A DNA stretch of 21,501 nt from Deltaproteobacteria bacterium TL4 (GTDB lineage Bacteria; SAR324; NAC60-12), in assembly GCA_051382335.1 (NCBI GenBank), contig JBBCAX010000030.1, forward strand, positions 1 through 21,501, given 5' to 3'. This document shows, piece after piece, positions 8,351-16,270 of this stretch. A program made the translations under genes and the position numbers. Within the stretch, counting starts at the first letter, position 1, and the number at the start of each line of letters is the position of its first letter. The notes beneath the pieces were generated by a model, which did no database searches, was not told the DNA's origin, and was given only the letters and a program-made list of their open reading frames with translations.

Positions 8351-9771
8351 ACAATTACATCAAAGTGATGATTTATCAGATGGCCAGGAGAACAGGCACA
8401 ACGCTGACTCAAAAGCACCTGGACATCCTGACTTTTGCCAATGAATATTATTACAAAAACAAAGTTGGTCCACTCTATCATGTTTTGAAAAACAAACTGG
8501 GTGTGACCAAACAGGAATTACAACAACTGTTTCCCCATGGTCTCTACTCGGTCTATCTTTGGGTGGGGATTCCGATTCAATCGCCAAACGAGTTATGCAA
8601 ACCGATGGCAAAACTCGAGATTACCAATCCTCGTGAAGTCTATTTGGACCACAATGCCACAACCTACTTGAGAGACGAAGTCAAAAAGATCCTGGTTGAC
8701 TATTTTTCAGGGGTTCATGGGTATGGAAATGCCAGTAGCAGTACGGCCTTGGGAAAGGTGGCGTATGAGAAAATTTTCGATGCCCGGTCTCAAATTGCGA
8801 AAATCCTGAAGGTTTCATCCGCGGAAATTGTTTTCACCAGCGGGGGTTCCGAAGCAAATAACCTGGCCCTTAAAGGGATTGCGTTTAACCACCTGGAACG
8901 TAAAGGGCATATTGTCAGCAGTAAAATTGAACATTCGTCTGTCCTCAAAACACTTGCCTGGTTGGAGCAACTTGGTTTTAAGGTGACCTTGCTCGATTGT
9001 GACGAGAAAGGACTCATCTCGCCTCAATCTGTAGCAAGCGCGATCCGGCAAGATACGATCCTGGTGTCCATTATGGCAGTAAACAATGAGATTGGAACCA
9101 TTAACCCGCTTGAGCAAATCGCAGGGATCTGTTCCGCGCGAAATGTGCCACTGATGGTTGACGCTGTACAGGCGTTTGGTAAACTTCCTTTGTCTCCCAA
9201 GAAACTGGGCATTGCCTTGCTTTCTTTTTCAGGACACAAAATTTACGCGCCTAAAGGCGTAGGCGGTTTGTTTGTCGATGAACGCCTTCAGTTAGCGCCT
9301 CTCATTCACGGCGGGGGGCAGGGATTTGGACTTCGCGCGGGGGCCGAAAATGTCGGGGATCTCATGGCTTTGGGGCGTGCGGCGGCCTTAAGCTATGCGG
9401 GAAGAAAAACAGAACAGCGTCGAATGAAACAATTAAGAGACCTGTTTATTGATAAACTGAACACTTTGGTTCCAGGCTATATCATTAATGGAGATCTGGA
9501 GCAGCGTCTCCCTCAAAACTTGAATGTCGGCTTTCCTGGTGTGGATAGCGGGGCCTTGCTGCTCAGTTTGAATCAGATTGGCGTCTATGCTTCTTCCGGT
9601 TCTGCTTGCAGTTCGGGGAGCGAAGAAGTGTCCCATGTGATTCAAGCTTTGAAGGTGGATACGGATCATTATGGGGTGATCCGCTTCAGTTTTGGCTTAA
9701 ATACCACCGCTGAAGATCTGGACTATCTCTTCAAATATCTTCCGGAAATCCTGTCACAACTGAAAAAATAA
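8347..9771 (+). CDS. Group I (IscS/NifS-type) cysteine desulfurase with N-terminal TusE/DsrC-like domain
   Basis: Desulfurase motifs YLDHNATT, FTSGGSEANN, IEHSSV, DAVQA, SGHKIYAPKG (PLP Lys298) and SSGSACSS (Cys421). The N-terminal ~90 aa has LTQKHLDIL..EYY..P..LFPHG..GIP..C. Confidence 0.9.
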   Translation: MNNYIKVMIYQMARRTGTTLTQKHLDILTFANEYYYKNKVGPLYHVLKNKLGVTKQELQQLFPHGLYSVYLWVGIPIQSPNELCKPMAKLEITNPREVYLDHNATTYLRDEVKKILVDYFSGVHGYGNASSSTALGKVAYEKIFDARSQIAKILKVSSAEIVFTSGGSEANNLALKGIAFNHLERKGHIVSSKIEHSSVLKTLAWLEQLGFKVTLLDCDEKGLISPQSVASAIRQDTILVSIMAVNNEIGTINPLEQIAGICSARNVPLMVDAVQAFGKLPLSPKKLGIALLSFSGHKIYAPKGVGGLFVDERLQLAPLIHGGGQGFGLRAGAENVGDLMALGRAAALSYAGRKTEQRRMKQLRDLFIDKLNTLVPGYIINGDLEQRLPQNLNVGFPGVDSGALLLSLNQIGVYASSGSACSSGSEEVSHVIQALKVDTDHYGVIRFSFGLNTTAEDLDYLFKYLPEILSQLKK

Positions 9772-9891
9772 GTGAATTATAGCCCAAAAATGGAAATTTT
9801 TTTCCTAAAGTTTGACTTTCAATAAAAAAAATCATAGCTAAAAGAGGGCAGGGTATAAAAAAACAAAATCTCGTTGAACAAAGAGGTGAAT

Positions 9892-10818
9892 ATGGCCAAT
9901 AAGGTAAAAATCAAAATAGGGCACTTGAAGATAACCGATCATCTTATTTTGGGAATCACTCAGGCAAAATTGCGACAAGGGAAAGAAAAATTCCAGTATT
10001 CCGAATTGGAAACTGTTTCTTTTATGGGCTGGAATCAAATCACAGAAGCCCTGGAAAAGGCCAGTATTGATGTTGCGTTTATGCTAGCTCCCACGGCGAT
10101 GGATTTGTATTCGCTGGACCCCAATCTTCGTTTGATCCTCTTTGCCCACAAGACGGGAAGTGTTTTTATTAAAAACAAGGCGGCAAACATCCAGTCTGTG
10201 GCTGATCTCAAGGGCAAAGTAGTTGCCATCCCCTACCAACTATCCGTACATCACATGCTGCTGCATCAACTTTTACAAGAACATGGTCTGGAACCCGGAA
10301 CCGGAAAAGACGTACTGATTGAAGTGATGGCTCCCTCACAGATGCCCCAGGCGATTCAGTACGATGACGTTGGAGAGATGGCAGGGTTTATCGTCGCGGA
10401 ACCTTTTGGCAGTCAGGCGGTCATCGAAGGGTATGGCGAGGAATTCTATCTGTCTAAAGATTTGTGGCCTCACCACCCCTGCTGTGTGGTCGTTGTGAGG
10501 AAAGAGTTGATTGATAAAAATCCGGAGGCGATACACGAGTTAACCCACAGTTTGGTAAAGTCTGGCGATTTTGTGCATCAGAATGAGAGCGCGTCGATCA
10601 CGATTGGTGCTTCTTTCCTGGATCAGAAAGAAGAAGTCATTCGGCATGTCCTTACAGAACCGGCAGATCGTATCCTGACAGGAGAGCATCTGCCCCTTCT
10701 GGAGGATTTGGAAAAAATCCAGAACTATATGTTTGATAAAATGCATCTGCTTAAACATAAGATTGACTTGGAAACCTTTGTGGATACCAGCTTTGCAAAA
10801 GATGCTGGAGCTAAGTAA
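9892..10818 (+). CDS. Stand-alone NrtA/CmpA (NMT1-like) substrate-binding-fold protein without signal peptide
   Basis: Motifs ITDHLILG, GWN, MLAP, HKTGS, SVHHML, AGFIVAEPFGS and HPCCV. ATG 9892 follows AAGAGGTGA. No hydrophobic leader or lipobox. Confidence 0.85.
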   Translation: MANKVKIKIGHLKITDHLILGITQAKLRQGKEKFQYSELETVSFMGWNQITEALEKASIDVAFMLAPTAMDLYSLDPNLRLILFAHKTGSVFIKNKAANIQSVADLKGKVVAIPYQLSVHHMLLHQLLQEHGLEPGTGKDVLIEVMAPSQMPQAIQYDDVGEMAGFIVAEPFGSQAVIEGYGEEFYLSKDLWPHHPCCVVVVRKELIDKNPEAIHELTHSLVKSGDFVHQNESASITIGASFLDQKEEVIRHVLTEPADRILTGEHLPLLEDLEKIQNYMFDKMHLLKHKIDLETFVDTSFAKDAGAK

Positions 10819-11177
10819 TGGCAGAAAAACAGATGGAAATTGAATATGAAAAAAGGGAGGATGTGGAAGTCTTCCGATTGAAAGGGCATTTGAACAATGC
10901 TTACTTGAAAAAAGCCAAAAATGTGCTCGATCCTCCAATCTATGATGTGGCGTATTCAAAAATATTGCTCAACTTTGAGAACACCATTGCCATTGATTCT
11001 TCAATTTTGGGCTTACTGGTCTTTTACCATAAACGGATGATCCAGCGGGATGCTCAATTTGCCTTGTGTGCTTTATCTCCAAATGTCGCTCAAGTCATGA
11101 AAGCAACACAAATGGATAAAATGTTTTCCATTTATGAGGATGAAAACACAGCCCTCAAAGAAATGAGTTCATCCTGA
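10818..11177 (+). CDS. STAS-domain protein (anti-sigma factor antagonist, SpoIIAA/RsbV-like)
   Basis: 119 aa with V.RLKGHL, ILLNF...AIDSSILGLL (phospho-Ser motif), LCALSPNVAQVMKAT and FSIYEDE..AL. TAATG overlap with the upstream gene. Confidence 0.9.
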   Translation: MAEKQMEIEYEKREDVEVFRLKGHLNNAYLKKAKNVLDPPIYDVAYSKILLNFENTIAIDSSILGLLVFYHKRMIQRDAQFALCALSPNVAQVMKATQMDKMFSIYEDENTALKEMSSS

Positions 11178-11209
11178 TTCGCCTATTACAATGAAATCAT
11201 CGAGAGTTC

Positions 11210-13528
11210 ATGAAAAGCCTACAATTAAAATTGAATCCCCGTCCTGCGAAAGGTTTTGACGAAGTTCGGGAGTGGATGCATTCTAAAGTTGCGAGTCAGC
11301 TTTATGCCAGGCAGTTGTCGTCGTTCAATGCTAACGCGCAAGAAGCGCTGCAACTGCTCTTTGATCAACCTGTACCACCTGTATTGGTGAAACCGACTCT
11401 CCCGGTTCCCCAAGTCCGAGAGCCAACTTCGCTGTCTGCCGAGGTCAACAAACGGATCACTCTGTTGAAAGAAGCCTCGATTCAACTCGCTCATGGAAAA
11501 CTCAATTATCCCATTGATACCAAGGACAATGACGAGCTGGGGCATCTCGCCAAAAGTATCGCCAGTATGCGTGACGCTATTCGCACAAGAATGGCCGATC
11601 TCCACACGTTGAATGTGATTTGTGGCGTTTTAGGCGGAACTCATGACCAGCGACTGGCTCTCAAAACCGCCTTACGTGTGATGAAAGAGCAGATCAATGT
11701 CGAATGGGGTTCCGTTTATTTACTGAATGCACGCAACGAATTGGAAGCCCAAGCTTATTATCCGGAACGGGAAGATGTTTCGTTACAGGCCCCGAGGACT
11801 TTTAAAATCGGAGAAGGGGTTACGGGAAAAACAGCGGAATCACGACAATTGATCTATATTCCGGATACTTCCAGAGACCCCATGTTCCATTCCCATGACA
11901 GTGTCAGAGAGCGACGTTCGATCCTTTGCGTCCCGATGTTTGATGATCGTGGTATTATTGGCGTCATGAACTTTTCAGGGGAGGTGGGGAAGGTTCATTT
12001 TGAACCCGCGGATCAGGAATTTGCGCTGACTATTGCTCAAATGACGGTAGTCACCACTAAAAACATACAACTGGAAAAAGAAGTTCAGGCAAGAGGAGAA
12101 GCCATCCAGGAATTACTGGATAACACAGGGCAAGGCTTTTTTAGTTTTGGCGAGGACTATATCGTTCGTGCTGAGTACTCCAAACCTTGTTTGACTTTCT
12201 TTGGGAAAAAGCTCGAAAAACTGGATGCTGTAGAGTTACTCTTTGCCCCTGGAGAAGTGGCCCGGGATGCCAGACGGGTTTTAGAGGTTGGTTTTGAGAA
12301 CGAAAAACATTTTGAAATCTTGCAAGATTTACTTCCTTCAGAAGTCACACTGAGAGGCAGAGTCATTTCTGTCGATTTTCGGCTCATTCGCTCAGAGCAG
12401 CATTTCCTTAAAAAGTACATGGTGATTTTGACGGATATCACCAAAGAAAAAGAATATGCCGCCCATTTAGTCAAGGAACGACATAATGAAATGATCCTGA
12501 AAGTTGCCTTGGATCGTGAAGGTTTTTTCCAGTTCTTAAAGGAGCAAGAGCGTTTATATCTCTCCATTTATTCCTTGTTGGCGCACCCTACGGCGGTCAT
12601 TAAACGCAGTTTGAACGAGTTGTTCCGCTATTATCACACGATCAAGGGCGGCACCGCCAGTTTTGGTATGCTTGATGTTTCGGAAACAGTCCATTCCATC
12701 GAAAGTGTGCTGGATGAATTACGTAACGGGGATCGTCAATTATCGAATCAGTACGTGCTTCAGTTGCTGGATGAAACCCAGGAAGTTCAACAAGTCTTTG
12801 GGCAAACCCTGGAAGAACTTAACAATGTGATTCCTAAAGAAGAACGGCTGCAAACAGAGCGTGTCTATCGCATCAAAGATTCCAGAATTGTGGAATTAAA
12901 GGCAGAAATCCGTCAGGCCTTAACGGCTCCCAATGAGCAAGTGGAACGGTTGATTGAAGGCTTGCGACAGCAATCCGTTCAACGCGTCCTGCAATCTTGC
13001 GCGGTGATGGCCGAAAATCTTGCCAAGCAATTGAATAAACCGATTCAGGTGGTGCTCCAGGGCGAAGAAACCCGTGTCTCCTATGAACGTCTGGATAGCT
13101 TCTTTGGTGCCTTGATTCACTTGGTACGTAATTGCGTGGACCACGGCTTGGAAGATACGGCACAGCGTCAAGCCGCAGGTAAATCAGAAAAAGGCAACTT
13201 AACCCTGATTGTTCAAGAAGACCCCGAAGCCTTACACATCACCATTGCTGACGATGGACGGGGCATTGACGCAAAGGTGATTAAAACGATTGCTTTGAAG
13301 AATAATGTTATCGATAAAAATACCGCTTCCTCAATGACAGAGCAAGAATTGATTGAACTCATCTTCATACCTGGATTTTCAACGAAAGACGAAGTCTCCA
13401 GTATTTCAGGACGAGGTGTCGGAATGGACGCCGTTAAGGCAACCCTTGACAAGTTGCGGGGAACCATTCAAATTAAAACTATACTGAATCAGGGAACCTC
13501 CTTTCACATTGTGATTCCTCACCAATAG
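11210..13528 (+). CDS. Cytoplasmic CheA-like histidine kinase: HAMP-GAF-PAS-like-Hpt-HATPase, no CheW domain
   Basis: HAMP ..QLAHGKLNYPI...NDELGHLAKSI. GAF FKIGEGVTG..SILCVPM..IGVMN. Hpt FRYYHTIKG (His476). CheA-type HATPase HLVRNCVDHG, DDGRGID, PGFSTK..SGRGVGMDAV. The protein ends right after GTSFHIVIP. Start codon uncertain (weak SD). Confidence 0.87.
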   Translation: MKSLQLKLNPRPAKGFDEVREWMHSKVASQLYARQLSSFNANAQEALQLLFDQPVPPVLVKPTLPVPQVREPTSLSAEVNKRITLLKEASIQLAHGKLNYPIDTKDNDELGHLAKSIASMRDAIRTRMADLHTLNVICGVLGGTHDQRLALKTALRVMKEQINVEWGSVYLLNARNELEAQAYYPEREDVSLQAPRTFKIGEGVTGKTAESRQLIYIPDTSRDPMFHSHDSVRERRSILCVPMFDDRGIIGVMNFSGEVGKVHFEPADQEFALTIAQMTVVTTKNIQLEKEVQARGEAIQELLDNTGQGFFSFGEDYIVRAEYSKPCLTFFGKKLEKLDAVELLFAPGEVARDARRVLEVGFENEKHFEILQDLLPSEVTLRGRVISVDFRLIRSEQHFLKKYMVILTDITKEKEYAAHLVKERHNEMILKVALDREGFFQFLKEQERLYLSIYSLLAHPTAVIKRSLNELFRYYHTIKGGTASFGMLDVSETVHSIESVLDELRNGDRQLSNQYVLQLLDETQEVQQVFGQTLEELNNVIPKEERLQTERVYRIKDSRIVELKAEIRQALTAPNEQVERLIEGLRQQSVQRVLQSCAVMAENLAKQLNKPIQVVLQGEETRVSYERLDSFFGALIHLVRNCVDHGLEDTAQRQAAGKSEKGNLTLIVQEDPEALHITIADDGRGIDAKVIKTIALKNNVIDKNTASSMTEQELIELIFIPGFSTKDEVSSISGRGVGMDAVKATLDKLRGTIQIKTILNQGTSFHIVIPHQ

Positions 13529-13556
13529 GATTGTGATAAACTCAACATCGTTCTCC

Positions 13557-13585
13557 TTGACAGACACAATGAGAGAGTCCAGGTT
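13557..13585 (+). promoter_or_regulatory. Possible sigma70 promoter for the 13621 gene
   Basis: Perfect TTGACA at 13557-13562, a 17-nt spacer and a weak -10 CAGGTT. Confidence 0.3.
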
Positions 13586-13620
13586 GAAAATAGAAGTAAA
13601 TCAGTAAAAATGGAGCTGGC

Positions 13621-14307
13621 ATGTATCGAATTTTTGTCGTGGGATGGGTACTCCTGATTTTGGTACCGTGGACTCACGTCTCTTTTGCAGAAGATGGAGA
13701 ATACGAAAAGGTTGTTGCCGAGGCACCCAAAGAGGCAAAACAGGCTTTAGTGTACTTCCGTAAAAAAGGGGATGAAGCAAAGCTTGATAAATATTACATC
13801 AAGGCCTATCTCCTCAGCAAAGAGCCTCGCGATTTGGAAATGGCCCGGGCCTTGAAAAAAGAAGATCTGGCTGAATATGAGCGCTTACGTCTCCAATATA
13901 CAAAATCAGCAGCGCCCAGTTTTCTTGCCTCTGTTCAAGCCGTCCAAACTCATAAGATTCAACAAACCAGTTATGACCGTGTACGGATTCCGTTAGTCTT
14001 CCAGGTTACGATTGATTCTGATGAAGCGCTTACCAAAAGTTTCGATGTGCAGGTCGAAGTTAAAGCGGATGTCTTGTTTTCTTGGGAATCGGAGCTTTTA
14101 GGGAAGAAACATAATGGAACCCAAGTCGAAACCTATTCTCTGGTAACAACGATTCGGATCAATCCGGACGGCGCAAAAGAGCAATTAGTCGATATTGGTT
14201 CTTTTTACCAGAACGCTACGCAGCGATTCGCCGGAGGAACGCGTTCTTTCACAAAAGCCATGCAGGGGGTGAAAGTGGACATCCTGGGAATAAAACCTGC
14301 GATCTAG
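13621..14307 (+). CDS. Hypothetical exported protein
   Basis: GGAG SD before the ATG. Signal-peptide-like MYRIFVVGWVLLILVPWTHVSFA|ED. Charged helical N-half and beta-rich C-half. No family recognised. Confidence 0.75.
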   Translation: MYRIFVVGWVLLILVPWTHVSFAEDGEYEKVVAEAPKEAKQALVYFRKKGDEAKLDKYYIKAYLLSKEPRDLEMARALKKEDLAEYERLRLQYTKSAAPSFLASVQAVQTHKIQQTSYDRVRIPLVFQVTIDSDEALTKSFDVQVEVKADVLFSWESELLGKKHNGTQVETYSLVTTIRINPDGAKEQLVDIGSFYQNATQRFAGGTRSFTKAMQGVKVDILGIKPAI

Positions 14308-14368
14308 GTCCTGTTCATTCGTTTCGTTCATCAGGTTTATCTTCACCATTTTATCAGGGGAGTTAGTT

Positions 14369-16261
14369 TTGCGTCATTCTAAAGGTTCCTCTACAGGAAA
14401 ACGATTGTTTTTGAGTTTGCTGTTTCTCCTCATTGTACTGGGTGTATGTGGAGTCCTTTCTTATTTGCAGCTTCAACAAATTGAACACGCGTTGAACCCG
14501 CCCTCAGCGGCAGGTCCGTCTTCGGAAAACGCGGCGTTAGCGCTTCAACTCAAGACCAGTCAAAGTGCCCGGGTCGTTGTTGATTACGTCCGAACCCTGG
14601 AAAGCAAATATTCAACACAACTACAACAAACCCACAAAGACATTGAAACTCAACTCCCGTTGTTGCAAAACACAGCCACAACCGCAACATTACAAGCGGA
14701 GTATCAACAGTTTGTGCAATTGGGAAATCAAATCACCAAGCTGGCTTATGAGCAATATAATACCTTGCAGTTATTCCGCCTGGATAGTCGGAAACTGAAT
14801 ACAATCATCAATAAGCAACTGCTCCCGAGAATTGTGAAATCCAGTGCGGCGGGGATGGACCAAATGGAATCTGCTGTAAAAATGCAAACCGACATCAACC
14901 AGGCCTATGGCGCTATTGAAGCCTACCTTTCGCTGCAAGATCCCAACATTCAAAAACAGTTTAAAAGTTCGAGTGCCGACTTTAAAAAATACTTTGATCT
15001 CTTTCAAAGTACCCCCATCGGCTCCAAAGAGGAATCCATCCTCCATGAAATGGACGGGACTTTTCAAGAACTTCTTGAAGTAGGACGCTCCGTTATTTCG
15101 GTTACAGATCAAATAAAAACGTTACTGGGGCAATTTGAGCAAGTTCATGAAAAAATAGAGACTCAGCTTTCCTCTCAAAGCTCAAGCAATCCCGTAGAAC
15201 GGGCAGACAATCATTCAGGAAGCGTCATAACCTCAGTCCAAATCTTGTCGCTCTTGGGCTTTGCAGGCATATTTCTGGTAGGCCTCGGTTTGGCGTTAAC
15301 CCTGGCCAAAGGGGGGAGTTCTTCAGATTCTTCAGAGGATGTGAAACAACGGGACGCTTTGGAAGCACAGGTTCAAACGTTAACACAAAAACTCACTCAA
15401 AAAGAGGAATTGCAGGACCAGCTAAACGCCTTGCAGGACGAGCTTGCTCAAAAAGACACTGCGCTCCAAAAGTTGAAAGACAAGGCGTCGGCCACTGTCT
15501 CCGCCCCCGCTCCCAAATCTCAAGCGTCCGTTCCTTCGATGGAATGGATTTCGGCACAGGAGGCCCATCAAATCCGAAGCAAATTTCTGGGAGAGCTGTC
15601 GACGGAACTCTATCACATCACTCAAAACAAACAGAAATTTAAATTGGATTCAAAAGATCAGTTTCTCAAATATTTTAATTACCTCTCAGAAAGCAGTGAG
15701 CGTCTTTTGAATTTGTTGAATCAACTCCTGGAACTCTTTTCGATGGAGGTCGGTCCTGTGGTTTTGGAACTTCAATCCAATGATCTGAAAACCGTCATGG
15801 ACACTGTAATTCAGGAAACCGGGGAACTGTTGAACGTTCGTTCTTTAGAATTAAAAATTCAACCCTCCGGAGAAAATACCCGAGGTATTTTTGATGGGGC
15901 AAAAATTCTGCAGGTTGTCTATCACTTACTCATCAATGCGGTTGATTGCTCCCCTAAACAGGGAAAAATCCTGGTCTCTTATGGTCAAACCGTCTTACAA
16001 AGAAAAGGGGAAGACTCGATTCCAGGACTGGGGGTTACCATTTCTGACCAGGGCCGAAGTATTCCCGAAATGGAACAAGCCTCCCTTTTTGAAAAATTTT
16101 CTGCCAGTGCTCAAGCTCGTTTAAATTCCAATGGAAGTGGTCTGGGCTTAGCTCTTTGTAAAGCGGTTGTAACCGCGCATGGAGGAAGTATCTGGGCTGA
16201 AAATGAACCTAATGGCGGAGCAACCTTTACCTTTGTCATTCCTTCAACTCCACAAGGATGA
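14369..16261 (+). CDS. Membrane sensor histidine kinase-like protein with degenerate H-box
   Basis: TTG start after GGGGAG. Two TM segments flank a helical periplasmic domain, followed by a coiled coil. The H-box region reads KFLGELSTELYH. HATPase motifs QVVYHLLINA, ISDQGRSIP, GSGLGLALCK and GGATFTFVIP. Confidence 0.82.
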   Translation: MRHSKGSSTGKRLFLSLLFLLIVLGVCGVLSYLQLQQIEHALNPPSAAGPSSENAALALQLKTSQSARVVVDYVRTLESKYSTQLQQTHKDIETQLPLLQNTATTATLQAEYQQFVQLGNQITKLAYEQYNTLQLFRLDSRKLNTIINKQLLPRIVKSSAAGMDQMESAVKMQTDINQAYGAIEAYLSLQDPNIQKQFKSSSADFKKYFDLFQSTPIGSKEESILHEMDGTFQELLEVGRSVISVTDQIKTLLGQFEQVHEKIETQLSSQSSSNPVERADNHSGSVITSVQILSLLGFAGIFLVGLGLALTLAKGGSSSDSSEDVKQRDALEAQVQTLTQKLTQKEELQDQLNALQDELAQKDTALQKLKDKASATVSAPAPKSQASVPSMEWISAQEAHQIRSKFLGELSTELYHITQNKQKFKLDSKDQFLKYFNYLSESSERLLNLLNQLLELFSMEVGPVVLELQSNDLKTVMDTVIQETGELLNVRSLELKIQPSGENTRGIFDGAKILQVVYHLLINAVDCSPKQGKILVSYGQTVLQRKGEDSIPGLGVTISDQGRSIPEMEQASLFEKFSASAQARLNSNGSGLGLALCKAVVTAHGGSIWAENEPNGGATFTFVIPSTPQG

Positions 16262-16270
16262 CCCTTAACT

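Noticed and set aside
8347..9771. DndA/phosphorothioate or ISC/NIF cluster assignment for the desulfurase
   Set aside because: No dndBCDE/ssp, iscU/nifU or hscAB neighbours are present, so no gene symbol was assigned.
9812..9840. TTGACT promoter or FNR-like TTGA-ctt-TCAA site
   Set aside because: There is no convincing -10 at 16-18 nt, and the half-site spacing does not match FNR (TTGAT-N4-ATCAA).
9892..10818. Nitrate/sulfonate/bicarbonate ABC transporter operon
   Set aside because: There is no permease or ATPase gene and no signal peptide or lipobox.
11210..13528. Canonical chemotaxis cheA operon
   Set aside because: There is no CheW domain, and no cheW, cheB, cheR or MCP genes in the window.
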